NCBI GenBank assembly: GCA_045600085.1
Contig: JAZRXF010000094.1
Location: 6,111-70,110 of the forward strand
Source of the DNA: Lachnospiraceae bacterium
Lineage (GTDB): Bacteria; Bacillota; Clostridia; Lachnospirales; Lachnospiraceae
Length of the DNA: 64,000 nt
Reading direction: 5' to 3'
Shown here: positions 28,930-37,453 of the stretch, piece by piece
Layout: each line of letters begins with the position of its first letter
Numbering within the stretch: the stretch's first letter is position 1
The notes under the pieces: model-generated
Told to the model about the DNA's origin: nothing
Database searches by the model: none
Seen by the model: the letters and a program-made list of their open reading frames with translations, nothing else
Program-made: the position numbers and the translations under genes

Positions 28930-29923
28930 CTACGCTTCCCTTTCTCTTATAACTAATAAATTCAAATGCTAATAGTAATGCAATTGGCAATGCAAAAATG
29001 TAATAAACATCACCATATACATTTTCAACGCCATTTTCTGTGTTAGATAATGTATCTTCCTTAATTCCTTCTACAAGGTCCTCTAACGCATCAAAATCAT
29101 CATCACCCTCTCGATGAATCAGTGTAACACCAAGGTCCTTGGAAAGTCTTTTAGCATTGTCAGGATCATATTCAGATACTGTAATCTCACTATATCCCTT
29201 ATCCCAGTCATAGTATGAAACCTGTTCATACTCGCCTGAGTACTGATCCTTTAGGAACATTTCGCCGCCACTTTCTGTTCCGTAGCCAAGAACTGCCCCT
29301 CCATCTATATACTTTTTACACTTAGCAAATGATTCAAGGGCATCGTCCTTATTCATTTCACCGTCTGTAATAAAGAATATCAGAACTTTTCCATCCATTT
29401 TTTCATGGAGTTTCTTAAGGTTACTTTCTACAAGCTCCTGACATACATTAATTGAAGTACCATGTCCATAAAGCGATGATAATGGATAAATAGCATTAAT
29501 CATACCAAATGTATAATTATCATCCTCAGAAATAGGAGTAAGAACCTGGGCTGTATTATGAAATGATATGACTGTACTCTTACATCCCTGAAGTTCATCT
29601 AAAATATAACGACAATCGCTTTTTGCTGCATCAAGTCTTGTATAAAAATTTTCACCATCGTAGTCGTTGGCCACCATACTTATTGTGTCATCCACTACGA
29701 ACAAAACGTATGCCTCAACTTTCTCAGTTTCAATTGGTATACCTTCCTTTGGTATCTGAATACGTAGGTTAAGCACAAATATTAATGCAATCAGTATTAT
29801 CTGACGAATATAAGGCAAAACACCCTTTCTTTTACAGAAAAGAAGTAATACACAAATAATGGCTACCAGCCATATTGGCAATATTGGATTTATTCTTATA
29901 TCTTCTAGAATAATTGGAAACAT
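28913..29923 (-). CDS. vWA-domain membrane protein (BatB-like)
   Basis: N-terminal TM helices, MIDAS-like VLFVVDDTISM, and a C-terminal TM helix. It overlaps the downstream gene by 17 nt. Confidence 0.75.
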   Translation of the reverse strand: MFPIILEDIRINPILPIWLVAIICVLLLFCKRKGVLPYIRQIILIALIFVLNLRIQIPKEGIPIETEKVEAYVLFVVDDTISMVANDYDGENFYTRLDAAKSDCRYILDELQGCKSTVISFHNTAQVLTPISEDDNYTFGMINAIYPLSSLYGHGTSINVCQELVESNLKKLHEKMDGKVLIFFITDGEMNKDDALESFAKCKKYIDGGAVLGYGTESGGEMFLKDQYSGEYEQVSYYDWDKGYSEITVSEYDPDNAKRLSKDLGVTLIHREGDDDFDALEDLVEGIKEDTLSNTENGVENVYGDVYYIFALPIALLLAFEFISYKRKGSVDEESI

Positions 29924-29939
29924 CTATAATACTCCACAT

Positions 29940-30983
29940 CTATAATCTAGCAATCTTTGCAAATAACATCATTAATGATACGGATATCAGAAGTAAAATA
30001 TATGGCTTTTCAGGAAATTCTGTTTCTGTAACCTTCCTGTCAATCTTAACAGTATTTTTACCATGCTTCTCTATATCCTTAACTATCTGACTCACTGTAT
30101 CTTCGTCTTCTGCAATGTAGAACTTACCACCAGTATTTTCTACTACAGCTTTCATTTCATCTCGCTCGCTACCATACATAAAATCGGTACCAATACCATA
30201 TACAACGATACCGTTCTCTTCACATAACTCTCCTGCCTGAGGTAATGTTACAAATGGCTCACCACAAAGTTCATTATCTGTCGCAAATATAACTAACTTT
30301 GTTCTCTCCTCATCTTCTTCCTCTTCCGGGAAAACACAGGTCGTTGATGCAAGACCATCACCTATAAGTGAAGAACCTCTTTCATTACCTACAAGAGTAC
30401 CATTGCCTATAAACTCACTGAGATACAGGGACTCGTCAAAATCAAAATTATCGCCGTCACCAAAATCTGAATAATAATAGTTACGTGCAGAAAGAGCCTT
30501 CTTAATATTAGTAAGCATTTCCTTAACATACTCGTAGTCAGTGGTAAGCGGACATATCATTACTGGAGAAGTGTTAAAAATTATTATTCCAAAACGATCG
30601 CCCTGAAGTTTATCTACTGTGGAGATGAGTTTATCTGATAGATAGTAATTAAGCTCATCTACTGATGTTGATACATCAAGACATAAAATGATGTCTCGAC
30701 ATGACTCCTCTGTTTCTGTAATTTCAGTTATATATGGTCGTGCCATTAATATTGATGATGCCATAAGACTTACGACACACGCAGCACCAACCAAGAACTT
30801 AAGAATCCTAAACGCGATAAATCTGTATCGGTAGTAAGGAATCTCCTTAATATAATCTGGTACAACAGCTTTTTTACCTTTTCCGTATTTTTCACGCCTT
30901 CTAAATCGGAAAAATGCCAAAAAGATAAATAGCAAAGCTACACCAGCACATATATAAATTGCGTATATGTTTTTTAATTCCAT
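29940..30983 (-). CDS. vWA-domain membrane protein (BatA-like)
   Basis: Two N-terminal TM helices, MIDAS motif ILCLDVSTSV (DxSxS), and a C-terminal TM helix. Confidence 0.8.
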   Translation of the reverse strand: MELKNIYAIYICAGVALLFIFLAFFRFRRREKYGKGKKAVVPDYIKEIPYYRYRFIAFRILKFLVGAACVVSLMASSILMARPYITEITETEESCRDIILCLDVSTSVDELNYYLSDKLISTVDKLQGDRFGIIIFNTSPVMICPLTTDYEYVKEMLTNIKKALSARNYYYSDFGDGDNFDFDESLYLSEFIGNGTLVGNERGSSLIGDGLASTTCVFPEEEEDEERTKLVIFATDNELCGEPFVTLPQAGELCEENGIVVYGIGTDFMYGSERDEMKAVVENTGGKFYIAEDEDTVSQIVKDIEKHGKNTVKIDRKVTETEFPEKPYILLLISVSLMMLFAKIARL

Positions 30984-31444
30984 GTTTCAATTGCCCTTTT
31001 TGTCTTTTCAATTGATGCTATAACATCACCCTCTGAATGTTTAGCAAACTCAGGATTATAATACTCCTCCATGAGTGCCTGAAGCGCTGGCATACCTGCC
31101 TTCTTGACATCTTCAAGTGTAAAGCTGATAACGCTTCTTCCTGTCACAGCATATATATAATCACGTATGATTACACTCATTCGTTGATAAGCACCTCGTA
31201 TATCAACCTCGCCGTTCTCAAATTTATTACGAAGAACGTCCAGTTTCTTAAGGTACTTCTCTTTTGCCTTTGGTATATTTACAACCTTAGGCCTGCGTGC
31301 ATTCCTAGCCCTATTCTTGATCATCTTACGAATATACACGATAGCTATACGCACAACAATATATAAAACTACAAGACATCCAATTATTACAATAGGAAGC
31401 TTGGAATATGAAAACATATCCTGTAGTTGAACTTTTGTATTCAC
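30974..31444 (-). CDS. small single-pass membrane protein of the Bat-like operon
   Basis: 156 aa with one TM helix (LPIVIIGCLVVLYIVVRIAIVYI). It overlaps the next gene by 10 nt and occupies the slot between DUF58 and vWA, as in bat operons. Confidence 0.6.
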   Translation of the reverse strand: MNTKVQLQDMFSYSKLPIVIIGCLVVLYIVVRIAIVYIRKMIKNRARNARRPKVVNIPKAKEKYLKKLDVLRNKFENGEVDIRGAYQRMSVIIRDYIYAVTGRSVISFTLEDVKKAGMPALQALMEEYYNPEFAKHSEGDVIASIEKTKRAIETWN

Positions 31445-31477
31445 TTCAATACCTCTTCTTTATCCAATAAAACTATT

Positions 31478-32365
31478 TTAGCGCATCTCTACCTTGTGCT
31501 TTTCAAGCAATTCTATTAATCGATTATCAATATCTTCCGGCTCATCCACTGTTGTCATGGATACACCATATTTCTTGAATTTATTATTACAATCTTTGAT
31601 AATCTGTTCTCTTTTTTCTTTTTCAAGTCTAGCAAGCTTTTTACTACGAGTAAGGAATGAAGGCACATAGTTGTTACCACCAATGTTGTAAACCTTCTTA
31701 CCAGCCATACCTCCATCACTTACATTGATAAACAATACATCGTTGGCGAGAAGCAGTCTTTTAAGAGTTGTTTCTGTAACTTCTCTCATTCCAGAAATGT
31801 CAGTAACAACTACTATAATCATCTTACGCTTCATAGTTCTTACAATATATTCAAGCACATCGTTTAAAGATGATGTATTCTTTGCTGTAACATCTCTATG
31901 ATAGCTATTAAGGATATTCTCAACATTGGCAAGTCCTGTTTTAAATGGATGCCACTTTAAACCCTTTGCGCTCTTATATAAAGCACTCACATACTCTCCG
32001 TTACGTGTAACAAGATACGCCAGTGTTCCCGCGCTTAGAATAGCCATTTCTCTTTTCTCGTTGCCCTTTTCAGTGTCAGCAAGCATACGTCTGTTAGCAT
32101 CAAACACAAACATTACATTGTGTTTTTTCTCAGCAATATATTGACGAACAAGAACCTTGCCACTTCTTGCTGATGCCTTCCAGTCGATATCCTTAACTTC
32201 ATCGCCTATAACATACTCACGAAGCTCATCGAAGTTAAGACTCCTGCCCTTATAGATAGAATTGTACGATCCATCTATGACACGACTCGTAGCTTTTCTG
32301 GTATGAATTGTTTTATATCTCTTCAGGCTTGCTTCAATCCTGGAAATATAATTCATTCTATTCAT
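31478..32365 (-). CDS. DUF58-family protein
   Basis: Signature FDELREYVIGDEVKDIDWKASARSGKVLVRQY plus a vWA-like core (VMFVFDANRRM). Confidence 0.85.
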   Translation of the reverse strand: MNRMNYISRIEASLKRYKTIHTRKATSRVIDGSYNSIYKGRSLNFDELREYVIGDEVKDIDWKASARSGKVLVRQYIAEKKHNVMFVFDANRRMLADTEKGNEKREMAILSAGTLAYLVTRNGEYVSALYKSAKGLKWHPFKTGLANVENILNSYHRDVTAKNTSSLNDVLEYIVRTMKRKMIIVVVTDISGMREVTETTLKRLLLANDVLFINVSDGGMAGKKVYNIGGNNYVPSFLTRSKKLARLEKEKREQIIKDCNNKFKKYGVSMTTVDEPEDIDNRLIELLEKHKVEMR

Positions 32366-33357
32366 GGTGTCTTAACTGCTCCTATAATTGCATCAATAAT
32401 TGTTTCTTCAGCAACTCCATCAGCTACTGCTGCAAAATTCATCATAATTCTGTGACGAAGCACACTATAACGCATGCTCTTTACATCATCTGGTGTACAG
32501 TAATCACGTCCATTCACAAGGGCTACTGCCTTGGCTACTTCCATAAATGCTATGGCTGCACGTGTACTTGATCCCATAGCTACATACTGAGAAAGAGCTG
32601 GTGGAAGAATCTTATCTGTAATACGTGTGGCCTGTACTATATCAACAATGTATTTCTTTACTGATGGATCAACATAAACCTTCTTGCAAAGCTCCTGAAG
32701 GAACTTGATATCTTCAAGTGTTGCAACTGACTGAACTGAAGAGAACACATCCTGTTCAATACGATTAAGGATTTCTATTTCCTGACCTGCATCTGGATAA
32801 GTAATTTTTTCCTTAAGTAAGAAACGATCAAGCTGTGCCTCAGAAAGAACATAAGTACCTTCCTGCTCAATAGGGTTCTGTGTTGCGATTACAATAAATA
32901 CATCCGGAAGTTTGTATGTCTTACCTCCAATTGAAATTGCTTTCTCCTGCATGGCCTCAAGCATGGCACTCTGTGTCTTGGCACTTGAACGGTTAATCTC
33001 ATCAAGAAGTACAAAGTTTGCACATACTGGTCCAAGCTTTGTTTCAAAAGTATTAGTGGCCATATTGTATGTCTGAGTACCAATAATATCACTTGGAAGA
33101 AGATCTGGTGTACACTGAATACGTGAAAATTCACCATGAACAGCTTCTGTCATAACCTTGGCTGCTGTTGTCTTGGCAAGACCAGGTACTGATTCAAGAA
33201 GTATATGACCATTGGTTATAAGCGATACTAAAAGAGCGTATCCAAGCCACTCCTGGCCAACAACCTTACTCTCATAATAGCTACGAATCTTATTAGAGAT
33301 ACCGACAGCTTTCTGTAATTCTTCACTTGTAATTGCTGATTTGTTCTGTTCCATCAT
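32362..33357 (-). CDS. MoxR-family AAA+ ATPase
   Basis: Walker A LLESVPGLAKTT, Walker B FVLLDEINR, ATQNPIEQEGTY, and a MoxR-type C-terminus. It overlaps the DUF58 gene by 4 nt. Confidence 0.9.
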   Translation of the reverse strand: MMEQNKSAITSEELQKAVGISNKIRSYYESKVVGQEWLGYALLVSLITNGHILLESVPGLAKTTAAKVMTEAVHGEFSRIQCTPDLLPSDIIGTQTYNMATNTFETKLGPVCANFVLLDEINRSSAKTQSAMLEAMQEKAISIGGKTYKLPDVFIVIATQNPIEQEGTYVLSEAQLDRFLLKEKITYPDAGQEIEILNRIEQDVFSSVQSVATLEDIKFLQELCKKVYVDPSVKKYIVDIVQATRITDKILPPALSQYVAMGSSTRAAIAFMEVAKAVALVNGRDYCTPDDVKSMRYSVLRHRIMMNFAAVADGVAEETIIDAIIGAVKTP

Positions 33358-33388
33358 TGTTTCCTTTCATACCTAATATAGTATTGTT

Positions 33389-34429
33389 TTATAATATATA
33401 TTTTCTAAGAGGCGGTATCCTTCTCAGGATCCATACCGTCATAAGTGTGATAAGAAATACCCCGATAACAAATACTGGTATTAATATATAGCCTCCAAAC
33501 ATAAGTGGTGTAATATTACATACCTTATATAGAAGATTTATAAAAAAAGTATGAATAAGATACACCCCAAATATATTTCCCCTAATTTGGCCTGCAAACT
33601 TACATTCACCAAATGTTAACTTTGCAAGTACAAAAACAATAAACGATAATAGCACTGTAAATATTGAATTGTAGTTAACTATTATGCCTAGTTTCATGTA
33701 CTCACTTAAAAATATCATCAGTACAATACTTATCCCAAGCAATATAGTCACGATGTAAAAAGACTTTTTTATGGAATCTTTTTCAAATAAATAATTATGT
33801 ACATAGTATCCTGTTAAAAAATAGAAGATATATATACCAAATTCCGATATCTGAACTGCTGGGATACTCAAAAATAAATAGAATCCCATACACTCTCTAA
33901 CAAACGGAAGCACTGAACTTATAATAAATAAAACTATAAGCACATAAAAATACGTCTGTTTAGACGCATTATTTACAAATATTTTTAAAGCTGGGATAAA
34001 CAAATAAACAAAGATAAGCATATAGAGATACCACATATGTCCCCAGGTATTACCAAGGAGCATCTCATAAAATGCCATCCACAGAAAACGAATTTCAAAA
34101 CTTCTGGAATTGAATACAATTTCCAAAAGAGCATAACCTGTTCCAAACAGGATAAGTGCAAGTACTATCCTTCTAAGATATTTACTAAAAAGAGTTTTAA
34201 TAGTAATAACTTTTTGAGGATTTAGAAAAAGTGCACCTGATATCATAAGAAAAATAGGCACACCTAAAGTGCATAAATCTTTTAAACTATTATAAAAGCT
34301 CAGCTTGGCAGGTTCTAATTCCAAGCTGTCTGAATAGCCAGTTAATACGCCAGACACAGTATGGATGAGAACTACTATCAGTATTGCCAGTAGTCTAAGC
34401 CCATCCAAATAGCCTGTTTTCTTGTTCAT
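33389..34429 (-). CDS. acyltransferase-3 family membrane O-acyltransferase
   Basis: 346 aa polytopic protein with the N-terminal signature YLDGLRLLAILIVVLIHT. Confidence 0.8.
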   Translation of the reverse strand: MNKKTGYLDGLRLLAILIVVLIHTVSGVLTGYSDSLELEPAKLSFYNSLKDLCTLGVPIFLMISGALFLNPQKVITIKTLFSKYLRRIVLALILFGTGYALLEIVFNSRSFEIRFLWMAFYEMLLGNTWGHMWYLYMLIFVYLFIPALKIFVNNASKQTYFYVLIVLFIISSVLPFVRECMGFYLFLSIPAVQISEFGIYIFYFLTGYYVHNYLFEKDSIKKSFYIVTILLGISIVLMIFLSEYMKLGIIVNYNSIFTVLLSFIVFVLAKLTFGECKFAGQIRGNIFGVYLIHTFFINLLYKVCNITPLMFGGYILIPVFVIGVFLITLMTVWILRRIPPLRKYIL

Positions 34430-34457
34430 GTTTTCCCCTTTAGCAACATTCTATGGA

Positions 34458-34634
34458 TTATACTTCCATAGAATATTGCATCATCTCATACTTAATTCTT
34501 GAGCCGACTTCTATCTCCGCTGGAAGAAGCGCCCTTGCAACTAGTTTAGTTTCTCCGGAAGTATCACCATCCTTAAGCAGATTGGCATAATCTCCATCAA
34601 TACTATCGACTGTATAATAAACTGCTTCAAACAT
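34458..34634 (-). CDS. 58-aa DUF3006-like small protein (not in the ORF track)
   Basis: Manual translation gives MFEAVYYTVDSIDGDYANLLKDGDTSGETKLVARALLPAEIEVGSRIKYEMMQYSMEV. The length is 177 nt including TAA. The ATG lies 1 nt after the upstream gene's TAA (34636-34638). Confidence 0.55.
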   Translation of the reverse strand: MFEAVYYTVDSIDGDYANLLKDGDTSGETKLVARALLPAEIEVGSRIKYEMMQYSMEV

Positions 34635-34635
34635 A

Positions 34636-36117
34636 TTATTTACACAATTCCTTTAACTCTTTGAACATATCCTGATTGATAAGGCAGCCTGTCTTATATG
34701 CTCTAGACATATTAATAGCTACATCAAATGTATTAATCATATCACTGGCTGGTCCTACCATTGCGTTCCATTCATTGGTAAACTCGGCATTGTACTTCTT
34801 GTAATCAGTATACATACGAACTGCATCACGATTACCCTCTTTACCTGTCATTGTAGAAAATGAAATCTTAACATTTTCAGGGAAAAGAACTACCCCATCC
34901 TTATTAGGTGTAGGAATAGGTCCTTCTGTCTGGATAGGAACAAGAAGCTTAGCCTTGAAAAGCTCTTTTGCCATAAAACGAAGATAAAGCTTATAAATAA
35001 TCTCTGACTCTTCGTCATTAGGCTGTCCAAGCTGTGTTAAGAGTAAAATCCATCTTGTAAGATCTGGATTGGTCACTGGAATCTCTGACTCATTCTTACC
35101 TGTATAATCAGGCTTTGGAATAAGACGCTCAGCAACAACTCCAGACATATCGGAAATAATACTTGCACCAAGAGCACCATTGATATAGAAAGCATCCCAA
35201 AGGAAAGAAATAATTCCATCACCATTCTTACCCTTTGTGATTCTCTTAAGCTCCATATTGCCCTTAGAATATATTTTACGATACTCATTGGCATAAGCTG
35301 CTGGAACAATTAAAATCTCTGGAGGAGTACACATAAAGCCCTGCTCCTGACGAATTGTCTTAGAGAAAAGATGTGGCTCACCTGTAAGTGTATTACATAC
35401 AACATATATTTCATCAGCTGAAAGAACCTTTTTACACATATGCTGAATAATAGGCTCTGTCTTTTTCTTATAATCAGCTCTCTGCTCGTCTGTTTTAGCA
35501 AGCTCGTTTTTAGATATATACCACCCGTAAAGCTTCCAAGCCTCAGCAGCATCGGCAATACTCATATTCTCGATTTCGAAATCCTTAAGCTCAAAGTTCT
35601 TAATAAGAACAAGCGAATCTCCAAGAGCGCTTATATATGCCTGACGGATTTCTTTATTATTAGCATTAGCCGAATGAATAACACTACCAATCTTAAGAAG
35701 TGAATTTGCTCCATTTAATATTTTAAGAACTACAAGACAATCAGTTGCATGATCAACCTTGGTCTTATTGATTTCCATGCCAATAACCTTAGAAATACAT
35801 CTAACAGGCTGGTCATCACCTGGATTGGTAATCATAACCTCATCATCCATACGGATCATGCCTTTAACCTTACCTATAACAACAATATCATTGGAGTCAG
35901 TAAGTCCAAATACCTCCTGAACACCATAGACAAAAGCTGGTCTACTGCCAGAGGTTTCTTTCTGCTCTTCGCTTGTTTCTTCCGTCACTTCTGCCTCAGA
36001 AGCTTCATCTGCTATGACCTTTGCCTGCTCCTCGGCTTTCACTGCTTCGTTTATTTCTGATACATCCTTACCTGATCTGGCTGTATCCTTTTTACCAAAT
36101 ATACTTAATATTCCCAT
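34636..36117 (-). CDS. hypothetical protein: acidic N-terminus, EF-Tu-domain-II-like beta-barrel, SseB-like C-terminal region
   Basis: The start MGILSIFGKK at 36117 is preceded by GGAAGGGAG. The barrel-like segment is VQEVFGLTDSNDIVVIGKVKGMIRMDDEVMITNP...VIGMEINKTKVDHATDCLVVLKILNG...LKIGSVIHS. The C-terminal KAKLLVPIQTEG...GVVLFPENVKISFSTM...AVRMYTDYKKY resembles SseB-type modules. The domain calls are by eye only. Confidence 0.6.
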   Translation of the reverse strand: MGILSIFGKKDTARSGKDVSEINEAVKAEEQAKVIADEASEAEVTEETSEEQKETSGSRPAFVYGVQEVFGLTDSNDIVVIGKVKGMIRMDDEVMITNPGDDQPVRCISKVIGMEINKTKVDHATDCLVVLKILNGANSLLKIGSVIHSANANNKEIRQAYISALGDSLVLIKNFELKDFEIENMSIADAAEAWKLYGWYISKNELAKTDEQRADYKKKTEPIIQHMCKKVLSADEIYVVCNTLTGEPHLFSKTIRQEQGFMCTPPEILIVPAAYANEYRKIYSKGNMELKRITKGKNGDGIISFLWDAFYINGALGASIISDMSGVVAERLIPKPDYTGKNESEIPVTNPDLTRWILLLTQLGQPNDEESEIIYKLYLRFMAKELFKAKLLVPIQTEGPIPTPNKDGVVLFPENVKISFSTMTGKEGNRDAVRMYTDYKKYNAEFTNEWNAMVGPASDMINTFDVAINMSRAYKTGCLINQDMFKELKELCK

Positions 36118-36324
36118 AATATCTCCCTTCCTTATGATGCTTTTAGCACACCATATAAGACACGCTTTATCATTCATAAAATTATGGCGTATCATTTATT
36201 ATACAGCATAATATCGATTTTGCCTAATTATTACATTTTGTTACCACAGCGTGAGTATTCCTTCATAATTTTAAATACCTAATCATAAATTGTCTTTTCA
36301 TATATATTAAACTATAATAAAACC

Positions 36325-37377
36325 ATGAACAATAAGCGTTTGACATATCTGGACTTAGCTAGGGGCATCGGTATCCTCCTGGTTGTACTAGGTCATCTTG
36401 AATATATCAGCGAAAGTGTGAGAGGTTTTATATCTGCATTTCATATGCCTCTCTTTTTTGTGATATCCGGATGTCTAATCGCTTTAAAAAATGAGACAAA
36501 CACCGATTTCAAAACACTTATTACAAAGAAAGCCCACGGACTACTTATTCCTTATTTGTGGTTTTCTCTTATTTATATTCCAATTGATATTATGAACGTA
36601 TGTATTCATCATATTGATATGAATACATTTATTTTTAATATCACTTCATCTTTTATATTCAGTGGTGTTGGTGTTCTCTGGTTCTTACCTGCTCTTTTTA
36701 TTGCCGAGGTAAGCGCTTTACTTCTTATTAAAAAGTTCATAAGGCCCTATATAGTGATTCCTGTTACAGTCTTATTATCGATACTTTTGTATTTATCAGT
36801 CTATTACTTTATCCCTATGACGGATCCTGTTCTTTCCAATCTATTTGTTTATATAATAAGCGGACTCCTTCGAGCAATTTTGCGTGGTATAATCGCATCT
36901 GTTTTTGTAGTTGCTGGTTATTATTCTTATACATGGATTCTTGGACGAAAAACTGACTTTTCGTTGGTCCAGCTCATTATAGGACTTGCCTTGATGTTGA
37001 TTACAGTTCTTTTATTTAGAGTTAATGGCTGTGTTGATTTCCATTTCCTTATACTAAAAAACATAGCCGTCTACTTCCCACTTGCCATTTCTTCATCACT
37101 TGGCATTATATTAATCTGTAAAAATATGTTTTCTGTTAAACTACTGGAATTCTACGGCAAAAACTCTCTTATAATAATGGCAACTCACGTGCAGTGTTAT
37201 ATTATGTATATAGCCATTAAATTATCACAAATATGTCTTCAAAACCACGAAGGTTCTTTACTATTAACCATACTTTTTATAGCTAGTATTGTAATAATAG
37301 TATTTTTAATTGAAACAGTGGTGATACTAATCACTAATCGTTTCTTTCCATTTGTCCTTGGCAAAAAAGAGAAATAA
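36325..37377 (+). CDS. acyltransferase-3 family membrane O-acyltransferase
   Basis: 350 aa polytopic protein with YLDLARGIGILLVVLGHL at the N-terminus. Confidence 0.8.
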   Translation: MNNKRLTYLDLARGIGILLVVLGHLEYISESVRGFISAFHMPLFFVISGCLIALKNETNTDFKTLITKKAHGLLIPYLWFSLIYIPIDIMNVCIHHIDMNTFIFNITSSFIFSGVGVLWFLPALFIAEVSALLLIKKFIRPYIVIPVTVLLSILLYLSVYYFIPMTDPVLSNLFVYIISGLLRAILRGIIASVFVVAGYYSYTWILGRKTDFSLVQLIIGLALMLITVLLFRVNGCVDFHFLILKNIAVYFPLAISSSLGIILICKNMFSVKLLEFYGKNSLIIMATHVQCYIMYIAIKLSQICLQNHEGSLLLTILFIASIVIIVFLIETVVILITNRFFPFVLGKKEK

Positions 37378-37401
37378 CAAAGCTTCTGAATATAAAGTTG
37401 C

Positions 37402-37431
37402 AAAAAAGGCCACGCACATCGCGTGGCCTTT
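37402..37431. terminator. bidirectional intrinsic terminator between convergent genes
   Basis: AAAAAA-GGCCACGC-ACATC-GCGTGGCC-TTT: a GC-rich perfect 8-bp stem. Confidence 0.7.
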
Positions 37432-37453
37432 AATAATATGCATCTATAAATCC

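Noticed and set aside
36118-36195. N-terminal extensions suggested by the ORF track. Affected genes include 34636-36195, 43635-44552, 59066-60586, 45206-46396, 6482-7855, 7963-8253 and 12271-12894.
   Set aside because: The longest-ORF starts are often TTG or GTG, or lack an SD. Internal ATGs give canonical family N-termini and have GGAG-type RBSs at proper spacing. The extensions would also overlap upstream genes or promoters.
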